Shown in pieces: positions 1-11,093 of a DNA stretch of 64,000 nucleotides. This stretch comes from Felis catus (Eukaryota). The notes beneath the pieces were generated by a model that saw nothing but the letters and a program-made list of their open reading frames with translations, did not search any database and was not told the origin of the DNA. The stretch spans positions 59,584,001-59,648,000 of the forward strand of contig NC_058368.1 of NCBI RefSeq assembly GCF_018350175.1, read 5' to 3'. Made by a program: the position numbers and the translations under genes. Position 1 is the stretch's first letter; the number at the start of each line of letters is the position of its first letter.

Positions 1-206
1 GCAGATGCAAATAAATGGAAAAAGTCCCACGTTCATGTATTGGGAAATTAATATTGTTACAATGTCCACACCATGCAAAGTGATCTACAGATTCACTACA
101 GTCTCTACTATCCCAGTGGTACTTTTGTTTTTTTACAGAAATAGGAAAAAAAATCCTAAAATTCATACAGAAATGCAAGAAACCCAGAATAGCCAAAGCA
201 ACTTTT

Positions 207-423
207 TAATTTTTATTTTTTAAATGTTTATTTATTTATTTTGAGAGAGAGAGGGAGAGCATACATGTATGTGAGTGGGAGAGAGGCAGAAAGAGAATCC
301 CAAACAGGCTCTGCACTGTCAGCACAGAGCCCGACATGGGACCCAGTTTCACAAACCCTAAGATCATGACCTGAGCTCAAATCAAGGGTCAGATACTTAA
401 CCGACTGAGCCACCTGGGCTCCC
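207..423 (-). mobile_element. Can-SINE (felid SINEC)
   Basis: Reverse-complement tRNA-derived head (ctgagccacctgggctccc), (GA)n segment, T-rich tail. Confidence 0.95.
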
Positions 424-1804
424 GGTCAAAGAAATTTTAAGCAAGAAAAGCAAAGCTGGAATCCTCATAGCTCTTGATTTTAAAATATATTACAAAGCTA
501 GAGAAACCAGAAGAGTATGGGATTGTCATAAAAAACAGATATATTGACCAGTGGAACAAAATAAAGATCCCAGAAATAAGCCCATAATAAATTGATTTTT
601 GAAAGGGGTGTCAATAATACACAATGGAATTGTCTCTTTAATAAATAGAAGCTGGGAAAACTGAACTTTTATAGGCAGAAGAATGGAATTAGGCTTTATC
701 TTACACCATTCATAAGAAAACCAAGACATGCGTGCATAAAAATCCTAGACAAAAATCTAGGGAAAAATTTCTTGACATTGTCTTGGACTATGTTTTCATT
801 GATATGACATCAAAATCACAAGTAACATAGGTAAAAATAGACAAGTAGAATTACATCAAACCAAAAAGCTTTTGCACAGCCAAAGAAACAATCAAGAAAT
901 TAGAAAGGCAACCTATGGAATAGTAGAAAATACTTGAAATCTGTATATCTGGTAAGGGTTTAATATTAAAAATATAAAAAGAATTCCTACAACTCAATAA
1001 AAAGTTGAAAATGGGCATAGGAACTAAATAAACATTGCTCCATAGAAGACATAAAAATGGTCAACAAGTTTATGTAAAGGTGCTTAAAATAACTAATTAT
1101 TAGGGAAAAGTAAAAACCACAATGAGATATCACCTCGCACATATTAGGATGGCTATCAAAAAATAACACAATGATGGTGAGGATGTAGAAAAGTATCTTT
1201 GTGCATACCTTGTTGGTGCAAATGTAAATTAGTACAGCCATTATAGAAAACAGTATGGAGGATTCTCAAAAAATTAGAACTTCCATGTTATCCAGCAATC
1301 CAACTTCTGAGTGTATCTGAAGGAACATAATCACTATCTGGAACAGACATCTGCACCCCATGTTCATCGCAGCATTATAAACAATAGCCAAGAAATGGAA
1401 GCAACATAAATGTCCATTGACAGATGATAGAGTGTGGTATATACATACAATGGAATATTGCAATCTTTAAAAAGAAGAAAATCCTGCCATTTATAATGAC
1501 ATGGATAAACTTGAAAGACATTATGCTAACTGAAACAGACCAGACATAGAAGGACAAACACTACATGGTACCACTCATAGGCAGAATCTAAATAATCAGA
1601 AGCAAACAGTGGGATTGTGTTTGCTAGGGACTGGAGAAAGAGAGAAACAAGGGAGGTATTAGCAAAGGGTCTAAAGTTCTGGTTACAAAATGAATAAATC
1701 TTAAAAATCTACTGTCCAACATAGTGCCTATAATTAAAAATACTATATGCTATCCTGAAATATTTGCTAAGAAGGTGGATTTTGTATTAAATGTTCTCAT
1801 CACA

Positions 1805-2002
1805 GAGGTGCCTGGTGGCTCAGTCTTACTTAAGTGTCTCACTCTTGATTTCTGCTCAGGTCATGATTTCATAGTTCGTGAGTTTGAGCCCTGCATTGGG
1901 CTCCGTGCTGACAGTGCAGAGCCTGCTTGGGATTCTCTCTCTCCCTCTGTCTGCCCTTCCTCCACTTGTGCTCTCTGTTTCTCAAAATAAATAAACTTTA
2001 AA
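1805..2002 (+). mobile_element. Can-SINE inserted in the L1 3' UTR
   Basis: SINE head ggtgcctggtggctcagt; TSD aaatgttctcatcaca (1789-1804) / aaatgttcttgtcaca (2003-2018). Confidence 0.95.
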
Positions 2003-2293
2003 AAATGTTCTTGTCACAAAAGTAATAATGAAGAGCGATGGAGGAAACTTTTGGAAATGATGGATATTTTTATGACATGGATTGTAGTGATGGTTTCACA
2101 GGTGCACACTTAATCTTCCAATCCATCAACTTGTACACATTAAATATGAACAGCTTTTTATATGCCAATAATAGCTGAATAAAGTGTTTTCAAAATTATG
2201 CCTTATATATTGATGAAAGTCATTTAAGAATACAGCACTCTAGATGAAAACAATCCTTTACTGAGCCTAACTTATAATTTAAATATTATTCCA

Positions 2294-2490
2294 GGGGCCA
2301 CTGCATGGCCCAGTTGGTTAAGCATCTGACTCTTGATTTCGGCTCAGGTCATGGTCTCGTGGTTTGTGAGATCAAGCCCTGTGTTGGGCTCTATGCTGAC
2401 AGCATGCAGTCTGCTTGGGTTTCTCTCTTCCTCTCTCTATGCGTCTCCCCTGCTTGTGCTCTCTCTCTCTCTCAAAATAAACTTTAAAAA
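2294..2490 (+). mobile_element. Can-SINE
   Basis: Diverged head, ggctcaggtcatg motif, CT tract, caaaataaa tail. Confidence 0.92.
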
Positions 2491-2569
2491 TTCCAATTTT
2501 AATATTTGGGGATTTTGCTTTTTGTTTTTAAATTTCAAAACTGAAGGTATGATTCCAGTGGTAATGAAT

Positions 2570-2930
2570 TGGACAACAATATCAAATTCTGGCAAGGATG
2601 TGAAGAAATTGGAACCTTCGTTTATTGCTGGTAGAAGTGCAAAATGGTACTATCCACATTGAAAGACAGTTTGGTAGTTTCTTAGAAAGTTAGTCTTAAG
2701 ATTCATCTATCATATACAAAGTGTATACCCCAATTGAATTGAAACCTTATGTTTATAGAAAACACACACATAAATGTTCATAGGCACTTTAATTGCAAAA
2801 TACATGGGAGGAGCTAAAATGCTATTCTTACAAGTACATGTATAAACAGTTTATAATTTTACAATAAAAATGTATTCAGTAATAAGAGAGATATTAAGTA
2901 ATGAAAATACATATTAAAGAAATCTCTGTT
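2570..2930 (+). mobile_element. Ancient L1 fragment (ORF2 end / 3' UTR)
   Basis: ggcaaggatgtgaagaaattggaacc...gctggtagaagtgcaaaatggtac resembles the L1 ORF2 C-terminal region. Confidence 0.7.
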
Positions 2931-2954
2931 GCAGAAATCTTTAAGCCACTTAAA

Positions 2955-3090
2955 TAAATCCACTTCTTGTCTCATTACATTAGCAAGGACTTTGCAGTAC
3001 AATGTGGAAAATGATTGGTGAGAGGGACATCCTTCCTTTGTACCAGATATTAAAGGCAAAGCTTTGAATGTTTCAACACGTATATTTAGT
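2955..3090 (-). mobile_element. Ancient L1 ORF2 reverse-transcriptase fragment
   Basis: ORF 2859-3104(-) contains FKALPLISGTKEGCP...KVLANVMRQE, matching the L1 RT motif AFPL.TGTRQGCP...EVLA.AIRQE. Confidence 0.8.
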
Positions 3091-4001
3091 TTTAAATAAA
3101 GCATAAGAGAACTTACTAATGAAAATATTGACTAAGATTTTTTAGATATTATATTATTTAGATATATTTTTCCAATATAATAAAGTGGCTTTTTTTTTAA
3201 TTTTCAGGTGTACAAGAGTGATTCAACAATTCTATGCATTACTCAGTGCTCATGATCATAGGTGTACTTTCAATCCCTTTTCCTATTTCATCTATTCCCG
3301 AACTCACTTGCCTTCTGGTAGCCATCAGTTTGTTCTCTATAGTTAAACCTGTATTCTTTTTTTGTATGTCTCTTTTTTCTTTCTTTGTTTTATTTCTAAC
3401 TTCCACAGATGAATGGTATTTGTCTTTCTCTGACCTGACTTATTTCACTTTAGATCCATCCTTGTTGTTGCAAACGGCAAAACTTTATTCTAAATAATGG
3501 TTGAGTAATATTCCACACACACACATATTTATCACATCTTCCTTATCCATTCAGTCTGCTGATGGACACTTCAGCTTCTTCCATAATTTGCCTGTTGTAA
3601 CTAATGCTACAGTAAACATAGAGGTGAATATATTTTTTTTGGATTAGTATTTGCATATTCTTTGGGAAAATACTCAGTAGTGAAAATACTAGATCATATG
3701 GTAATTCTGCTTTTAATTTTTTGAGGAATCTGCATTCTATTTTCCACAGTGGCTACACCAGTTTGCATTCCCAGCAACAGTGCCGGGGAGTTCCTTTTTC
3801 TCCACATCCTTAACAACACTTACTATTTCTTGTTTTTATTTTAGCCATTCTGACAGGTGTGAGGTATCTCAGTGTGGTTTTGATTCACATTTCTTTGATG
3901 ATGATGAATGATGTTGAGCATCTTTTCATGTGTCTATTGGTCATCAGTATGTCTTCTTTGGAGAAATGTTCATGTCTTCTTCCCATTTTTTAATTGGGCT
4001 A

Positions 4002-4003
<2 letters not shown>

Positions 4004-4052
<49 letters not shown>

Positions 4053-4056
4053 GTGT
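4004..4056. repeat. (GT)n microsatellite
   Basis: Direct reading. Confidence 0.98.
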
Positions 4057-4361
4057 AGTTGTATCAGCTTTTTTGTATATTTTGGATATTGACTCTATAT
4101 TGAATATGCCATTTGCAAATGTCTTCTCCCATTCAGGAAGTTGTCTTTTAGTTTTGTTGATTGTTTCCTTTGTCTATGCAGAAGATTGCTATTTTTATGT
4201 AGTCCCAATAGTTTGTTTTTGTTTTTGTTTTTGTTTTTGTTTCCCTTGCCTCAGGAGAAATATCTAGAAGAATGTTGTTATGGCCAATTTCAGAGAAATT
4301 TCTGCTTGTGCTGTCTTTTTGGATTTTATGATTTCAGGTCTCATATTTAGGTTTTTAATCC

Positions 4362-4363
<2 letters not shown>

Positions 4364-4407
<44 letters not shown>

Positions 4408-4426
4408 TGCGTGTGTGTGTGTGTGT
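4364..4426. repeat. (GT)n microsatellite, interrupted
   Basis: Direct reading. Confidence 0.98.
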
Positions 4427-5548
4427 ATGGTATGGGAAAGTAGTCCAGTGTGATTCTTTTGCATGTAGTTGTCTAGGTTTTTCCAAAATCATTTGTTGAA
4501 GAGACTGTATTTTTTCCATTGCATATTTTTTCCTCCTTTGTCATAGATTTACTGACTGTATAATCATGGGTTTATTTCTGGGTTCTCTTTTTCTGTTCCA
4601 TTGATCTGTGTCTGTTTTTTTGCCAGTACCATACTGTTTTGAATACCACAAATTTGTAGTATATCTTGAAATATGGGATTGTGATATCTCCAGTTTTATG
4701 TTTCTCTTTCAGTATTGCTTTATTTTGGGTATTGTGTTGTACCATACAAATTTTAGGATTATTTATTCTAAGTCTTAAACTGTTGGTATTTTAAGAGGGA
4801 TTGCATTAAATCTGTAGAATGTTTTGCATAGTATGGTCATTTTGTGAAAGTTTGTTCTCCCACTCTGTGGTCATGGACTATCTTGCTATTTTTTTATGTC
4901 ATCTTCAATTTCTTTCGTCAGTGTATAATAGTGTTCAGAGTACAGGTTTTTTATGTCTTTGGTTAAGTGTATTCCTAGGTATTTTATTATTTTGGTGAGA
5001 TTGAAATGGACTTGTTAATTTCTCTTTCTGCTATTGCATTATTAGTGCATAGAAATGCAACAAATTTCTGTATATTGATTTTGTATCCTAAAACTTTACT
5101 GAATATATTTATGAACTTTGGTACATTTTTGGTGGAGTCTATAGGGTTTTCTATATATAGTATCATGTCATCTGCAAATAGTGAAAGTTTTACTTATTCC
5201 TTACCAATTTAGATGACTTATTTCTTTTTCTTGTCTGGTTACTGTGGCTAGGACTTCTGGTGCTATAGTAAATGAAAGTGGTAAGAGTGGATATTCTTGT
5301 TTTGGTCCTCATCTTAGGGAAAAAGCTCTCAGTTTTTCACTATGGAGTATGATGCTAGCTATAGGTTTTTTCACATAGGGCCTTTCTTATGTTGAGGTAT
5401 GTTCCCTCTAACCTACCATGTTTAGGTTTTCAACATGAATGGATATTATCCTTTGTGAAATGCTTCTTATGCATCTATTGAAATGATCATGTGTTTTTAT
5501 CCTTTCCTTATTGATGTAATATATCACATTGATTTGTTAATATTAAAC

Positions 5549-5568
5549 AAAATTAACATTTATTCATC

Positions 5569-5621
<53 letters not shown>

Positions 5622-5750
5622 CTGAAGCAGGCTCCAGGCTCTGAGCTGTCAGCACAGAGCCTGATGCGGGACCCGAACCCCCCACTGGCTGCCAGATCAT
5701 GACCTGAGCCTAACTTGGATACTCAACCAACTGAGCCACCCAGTCGCCCC
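5549..5750 (-). mobile_element. Can-SINE inserted in L1 ORF2, with long (GA)n
   Basis: TSD tgatttgttaatatt (5530-5544) / tgatttgtgaatatt (5751-5765). Confidence 0.95.
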
Positions 5751-6272
5751 TGATTTGTGAATATTGAACCACCTTTGCATTCTCGAAATAAATCCCAGTT
5801 GATCATAGTGAATGATTTTTTTAAATGTATTGTTGATTTGGTTTGCTAAATTTTGTTGAGGATTTTGCATCTATGTTCATCAAGGATATTGGCCTCTATC
5901 TCTTTTTGTTGTGTCTTTATCTAGTTTTAGTATCTGAGTACTGCTGGTCTCATAGAATGACTTTTCTATTTTTTGGAATAGTTTGGGAAGAATCAGTATT
6001 AAAGCTTCAGATGTTTGGTAGAATTCACCTGTGAGGCCATGTGGTCCTAGACTTTTGTGAGTCAGGAATTTTTTTATTACTTATTCAGTTTCACCACTGG
6101 TAATCAGTCTATTTTAATTTTATGTTTTTTCTTGGTTCATTTTGGGGAGGATATATGTTTCTAGGAATTGTTCTATTTCTTCTAGGTTGTCCAGTTTCTC
6201 GAAATGTAATTTTTCATAATATTCTCTATAACCCTTTTATTTCTGTGTTGTTGGTTCTTATTTCTTCTCATT

Positions 6273-6476
6273 AAAAAAAACTTGTTTATTTTTATTTATT
6301 TTTAGAGACAGAGAGCAGAGGAGGGGCAGAGCAAGAAGAAGAGAGAGAATCCCTAGAAGGCTCTATGCTGTCAGCATGGATTTCGATGTGGGGTTTGAAC
6401 TTACAAACCATGAGCTTATCACCTAAGCCAAAACCAAGAGTCAGACGCTTATTTGACTGACCCACTCAGGTGCCCC
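6273..6476 (-). mobile_element. Can-SINE inserted in L1 ORF2
   Basis: Antisense head ...actcaggtgcccc; TSD tatttcttctcatt / tatttcttttcttt. Confidence 0.93.
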
Positions 6477-9400
6477 TATTTCTTTTCTTTTATCTCTGAT
6501 TTTATGTATTCAGCTCTCTCCTCTCTCTCTCTCTCCATACCCCTGTTCCTCCCACCCCATTCCTCTTTCTTGATGAGTCTTCCTAAAATTTATCAATTTT
6601 GTTGATCTTTCAGAGGACAAGCTCCTTGTTTCATTGTCCTATTCAATTGATTTTTTAGTTTCTATTTCGTTTATTTCTACTCTAACCTTTGTTATTTCCT
6701 TCCTTCTACTGTTTTTGAGTTTTGTTTGTTGTTATTTTCTAGCTCCTTTAGATGCTGTTAGATTTATTTGTTTGTTTATTTGTTTGTTTGTTTATGCTTC
6801 TGGAGGTAAACCTCTATGCCATCAACTTCCCTCTTCAGAAAACTTTTGTTGCATCCCAAAGATGTTGGACTATCGTGCTTTCATTGCACTTTGTCTCTGT
6901 GTGTTTTCTGATTACTTTGATTTCTTGGATGACCCATTCATTGCTTAATAGCATTTTATTTAACCTCCATGTATTTGTATTCTTTCTAGATTTTTCTCTT
7001 ATGGTTGATTTCTAGTTTCAGAGCATTGTGGTCAGAAAAGTTGCATGGTATGACTTTGATAATTTTTAATTTGTTAAGACTTGTTTGTCTAACATGTGAT
7101 TTATTTTGGAGAATATTCCATGTGCACTTGGAAGGAATGTGTATTCTGCTGTTTTAGGATGGAATGTTCTGAATATACCTGTTAGATCCATCTGGTCCAA
7201 TGTGTCTTTCAAGCCACTGTTTTCTTGTTTATTTTCTGTTTGGATGATTTATCCATTGTGATAAGTGGGTGTTACTGCTATTACTAGTGGGGTGCTCTTA
7301 CTACTATTACAATATTACAATAAATTATTTCCTTTATGTTTTTAGTTGCTTTATGTATTTGGGTACTTATGTGCTGTGTGCATAAATATTTACAATTACT
7401 GTATCTTCTTATTGCATTGTTCCCTTTATGATTATGTAGTGCCTTGTTTTTCTCTTGTTATAATCTCTGTTTTAAAGCGTATTTTATCTGATATATGTAT
7501 TAGTACCTCAGCTTTCTTTTCACTTCCATTTGCATGAATAAGTGCCTTTCATTCCTTTGTATTCAATCTGTGTGTGAAATGAGTCTTTTGTAGGCAGCAT
7601 ATAGATGGGTCTTGTTTTTTATCCATTGCATCACCCTATGAGTTTTGATTATAGCATTTAGTCCAATTACATTCAGTGTAATTATTGATAGATACGTACT
7701 TATTGCCATTTTGTTACTTGTTTTATGGTTGTTTTTGTAGTTCTTCTCTGTTTCTTTTTTCTCATGCTCTCTTCTGTCCTGGTTTGCTGGGCTTTGTTTA
7801 GTGATATACTTGAATTCCTTTTTCTTTGTATTTTTGTGTATCTATCACTGGTTTTGATTTGTGGTTACCATTAAGTTTATATATAACATTCTATGCCTAC
7901 AGCAGTTTGTTTTATGTTGATGGTTGCTTAAGTTAGAACCCATTCAATTTATTCGTCCCTGGCTCCTCCATGTTTTAGGGGTATGGTATTATACATTCTT
8001 TTATTTTGCAAGTCTCTTGACTGATTTTTTATAAATATACCTAATTTTACTCCTTTTTTGTTTTCTACTTTTCTTCCTTGTATGGCCTTTCTAATCAAAG
8101 AACCCCCTTTAACAATTCTTGTAGGGCTTTTTTAGTGGTCGTGAATTCCTTTAACTTTTGTTTATCTGGGAAGCTCTTTAGCTCTCATTCTATTGTGAAT
8201 GATAACCTTTTTGGATAGAGTATTCTTGGTTGCAGAGTTGTGTGTGTGTATGTGTATGTGAATGTGTGTGTGTGTTTTCAGCATTTTGAATATATCATGC
8301 CACTTTCTTATGGCCTGCAAAGTTTTTACTGAAAATCGGTTATGGGTTTTCTTAATTGCCTTACGGGTTTCTCCCTATATGTAATAATTTTCTTTTCTCT
8401 TGCTGCTTTTAAAATTCTCTCTTTATCACTACTTTTTGCCGTTTTACTTACAATGTGTCTTGGTGTAGACCTCCTTGAGTTGATTTTGATGAGGGTTCTC
8501 TGTGCCTCCTGGATCTGGATTTCTGTTTCCTTCCCCAGAATTAGGAAGTTTTCATCTATTATTTCTTCAAATAAATTTTCTGCCCCCCCCCCTTTCTCTT
8601 TCTTCTTCTTTTGGGATCACTATGTGTGAATGTTATTATGCTTGATGGTTTTCCTGAGCTCCATAAATGTATTCTCATTTTTTATTAGTCTTTTTTTCTT
8701 TCTCCTCTTCAGCTTGATACCTTTCCAGTACTCTGTCCTGCCAGTTACCAATCTGTTTTTCTGCTTCTTCTAGTCTACTATTTACTCCCTCTAATGTACT
8801 TTTAATTTTACTTATTGAGTTCTTCATCTCTGATTGGTTCTTTTTTTATGTTTTCTATCTCTTCATCAACGGTCTCACTGAGCTCCTCCACTCTATTCTC
8901 AAGTCCATTTAGTTCTTTATGGTCATTCCTTTAAATTCTCTATCCAACATATTATTTATTTCCATTGCATTTAGGTCTCTGATTTATCCTGTTCTTTCAT
9001 TTTGGAAAATTCCACTGTCTCCTCATTTTGTCTGTCTATTTTTATATGTTAGGAAAGTTAGTTATGTCTCCTGTTCATGAAAGTAGTGACTTTATGTGGA
9101 AGAGTTGCTATAGTGCCCTGCAGTGCAATTTCCCCTGTTTAACACTTCAGAGCTATCTCCTATGTGTATTGCATGGGCCCTATTTTTGTGACTGAGTCAC
9201 GTTTACCTTCAATCCAGTTGTCTACAATGCATCTCTTTTCCTGTTGTGTTCAGAATCTGTTCCTCTGTTGTTAACGGGCCCATCTGTGGCTGCCTTGGGT
9301 TTCAGTTGGGTCAGCTTTTGCTAGAGCTGTAGCTATACTCAACTACAGTTTGCTCTCCCTGTGCTGTTCTCTGGCAAGCTTTTGTGGATGTGCAGGACCT

Positions 9401-10429
9401 ACAGTCAGAACAAATGTCTGCCCCTAGCCCACTGCTTTGACTGCAGTCAAACTGGTGTGTGTGGTTTTCTTCTTTTCTCCCTGGGGCAGGAGTCACTTTG
9501 GAGCCTTGTTGGGGCTGCTTACCCACTGCTAAGCTATGGAGCTGCTTTGGTTGAACTCCTGCTAAAACCCCGTTTCATGGGGAACATCCACAGGAGAACA
9601 TGGGTAGTTGGGCATGCTGTTAGCAAGCAAATGGAGTGTTCAAGCTTTGCTAGTTCCTGTGTATTTAGGCTGTGCATCTGGGGCGGAAAATGGTGCCTGC
9701 CAGCCCTTTTGTTCTTGAATAAGTCTCCTAAAGATCCTTCCCCTTCCAGTACATGTTCTCAGATTAGTAAATAAATCTCCTTTCGATATATCCCAGGCAT
9801 TTTTCAAACTTCTGCTTCTGTGCTGTATCTCAGAGGGACTGTTTGTTATGTTGCTTCTTTAGGCACAGGTGCTCAGTCCTATTATCCTCCAGCTCTCCCA
9901 GAGCTGAGCTCACTGATTTTCAAAGTTCCAAATGTTAACCCTCACTGATGGTAACAACTCATGAAGTTAAGCCTGTCTTGTTTTCAAAGCCAAGGCTTTT
10001 GGGGATCTGTCTTCCCAGTGCAGAGCTCCCATTCCCTAGGTGCCTGGTGTGCTGTGTGTTCCTCTTGCTTTCCTGTGCCAGTGGTGTCCTTTTCCTATAG
10101 ACAGCCTTGTGGATCATTTTGGCTCCTGACTGTATCTCCACCCTTTCTTTCCTTTTCAGTATGTCCTCTTTTCTCCATTTAGTTGTGGAGAGCCTGTTCT
10201 GCCAGTCTTTTGGTAATTTTCTCACTTATTGACACGGATATGGGTGTTATCTAGGTATATCTGTGGGACAGGGTGTGCTCAGGATCCCCCTATTCTGACA
10301 TCTTCCTAGGAAACCTTAATTAAGATTGTCTTTTTTGAAAAGGATTTTTCTGCATATATAAGTAATCCATTTTAGTAAAAATTAAGTCAAAAACACATTC
10401 CTTCATTCAATTAAAAGTTATACAAACTA

Positions 10430-10578
10430 AGGGTACCTGGGTGGCTCAGTCAGTTAAGTGTCCACTTGAGCTCAGGTCATGATTTCATGGTTCGTGGGTT
10501 CAAGCCCCACATTGGACTGTCAGCACAGAGCCTGCTTCCAATCCTCTGTCTCCCTCTATCTCTGCACCTACCCCGCTG

Positions 10579-10623
<45 letters not shown>

Positions 10624-10630
10624 TAAATAA

Positions 10631-10661
<31 letters not shown>

Positions 10662-10673
10662 ATTTTTTTTTAG
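10430..10673 (+). mobile_element. Can-SINE (outer element of a nested trio)
   Basis: Head gggtacctgggtggctcagt, (CT)n, (TAAA)n tail; TSD aaaagttatacaaa at 10413-10426 and 11132-11145. Confidence 0.95.
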
Positions 10674-10694
10674 AAATAGAAAGAAAAAACATTT

Positions 10695-10875
10695 GGGACC
10701 CCTGGGGTGGCTCAGTCAGTTAAACGTCTGACTTTGGATCAAGTCATGATCTCGTGGTCCATGAGTTCAAGCCCTGCAATGGGCTCTGTGCTGATAGCTC
10801 AGAGCCTGGAGCCTAATTCATATTCTGTGTCTCCCTCTGTCTCTGCCCCTACCCTCTCTCAAAAATGAATAAACA
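10695..10875 (+). mobile_element. Can-SINE (middle element; its tail resumes at ~11109-11120)
   Basis: Head gggacccctggggtggctcagt; TSD aaatagaaagaaaaa at 10674-10688 and 11121-11135. Confidence 0.93.
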
Positions 10876-11093
10876 GGGGCGCCTGGGTGGTGCAGTCGGT
10901 TAAGCGTCCGACTTCAGCCAGGTCACGATCTCGCAGTCCGTGAGTTCGAGCCCCGCGTCAGGCTCTGGGCTGATGGCTCAGAGCCTGGAGCCTGTTTCCG
11001 ATTGTGTGTCTCCCTCTCTCTCTGCCCCTCCCCTGTTCATGCTCTGTCTCTCTCTGTCCCAAAAATAAATAAACGTTGAAAAAAAAAATTTAA
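10876..11093 (+). mobile_element. Young SINEC_Fc (inner element)
   Basis: CpG-rich near-consensus body; perfect TSD aaaaatgaataaaca at 10861-10875 and 11094-11108. Confidence 0.97.

Larger units (their letters stand above)
1..2190 (+). mobile_element. Old LINE-1 (L1MA10/L1MB-like) 3' part: decayed ORF2 C-terminal half plus 3' UTR, interrupted by two SINEs
   Basis: Recognisable L1 ORF2 DNA (e.g. aaaaccacaatgagatatcacctc, cacccatgttcatcgcagcattat) and an L1MA/MB-type 3' UTR ending ...gctgaataaagtg near 2186; many stops and frameshifts. Confidence 0.85.
3190..10315 (-). mobile_element. Apparently full-length, inactive carnivore-type LINE-1 (3' UTR ~3190-3700, ORF2 ~3700-7700, ORF1 ~8100-9000, 5' UTR ~9000-10315)
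   Basis: Collinear L1 sequence from the T-tail at 3190, through antisense ORF2 and ORF1, to a GC-richer 5' UTR whose reverse complement begins ggaagatgtcagaatagggggatcctgag (L1 5' start-like). No long ORF is left. Interrupted by two SINEs and three (GT)n tracts. Confidence 0.9.

Noticed and set aside
2570..3090. Opposite-orientation L1 fragments suggesting a twin-priming inversion
   Set aside because: Fragment order does not fit twin priming; no tail or TSD
9311..9774. Longest ORF in the window (137 aa)
   Set aside because: Lies in the L1 5' UTR; non-ATG start and no recognisable domain
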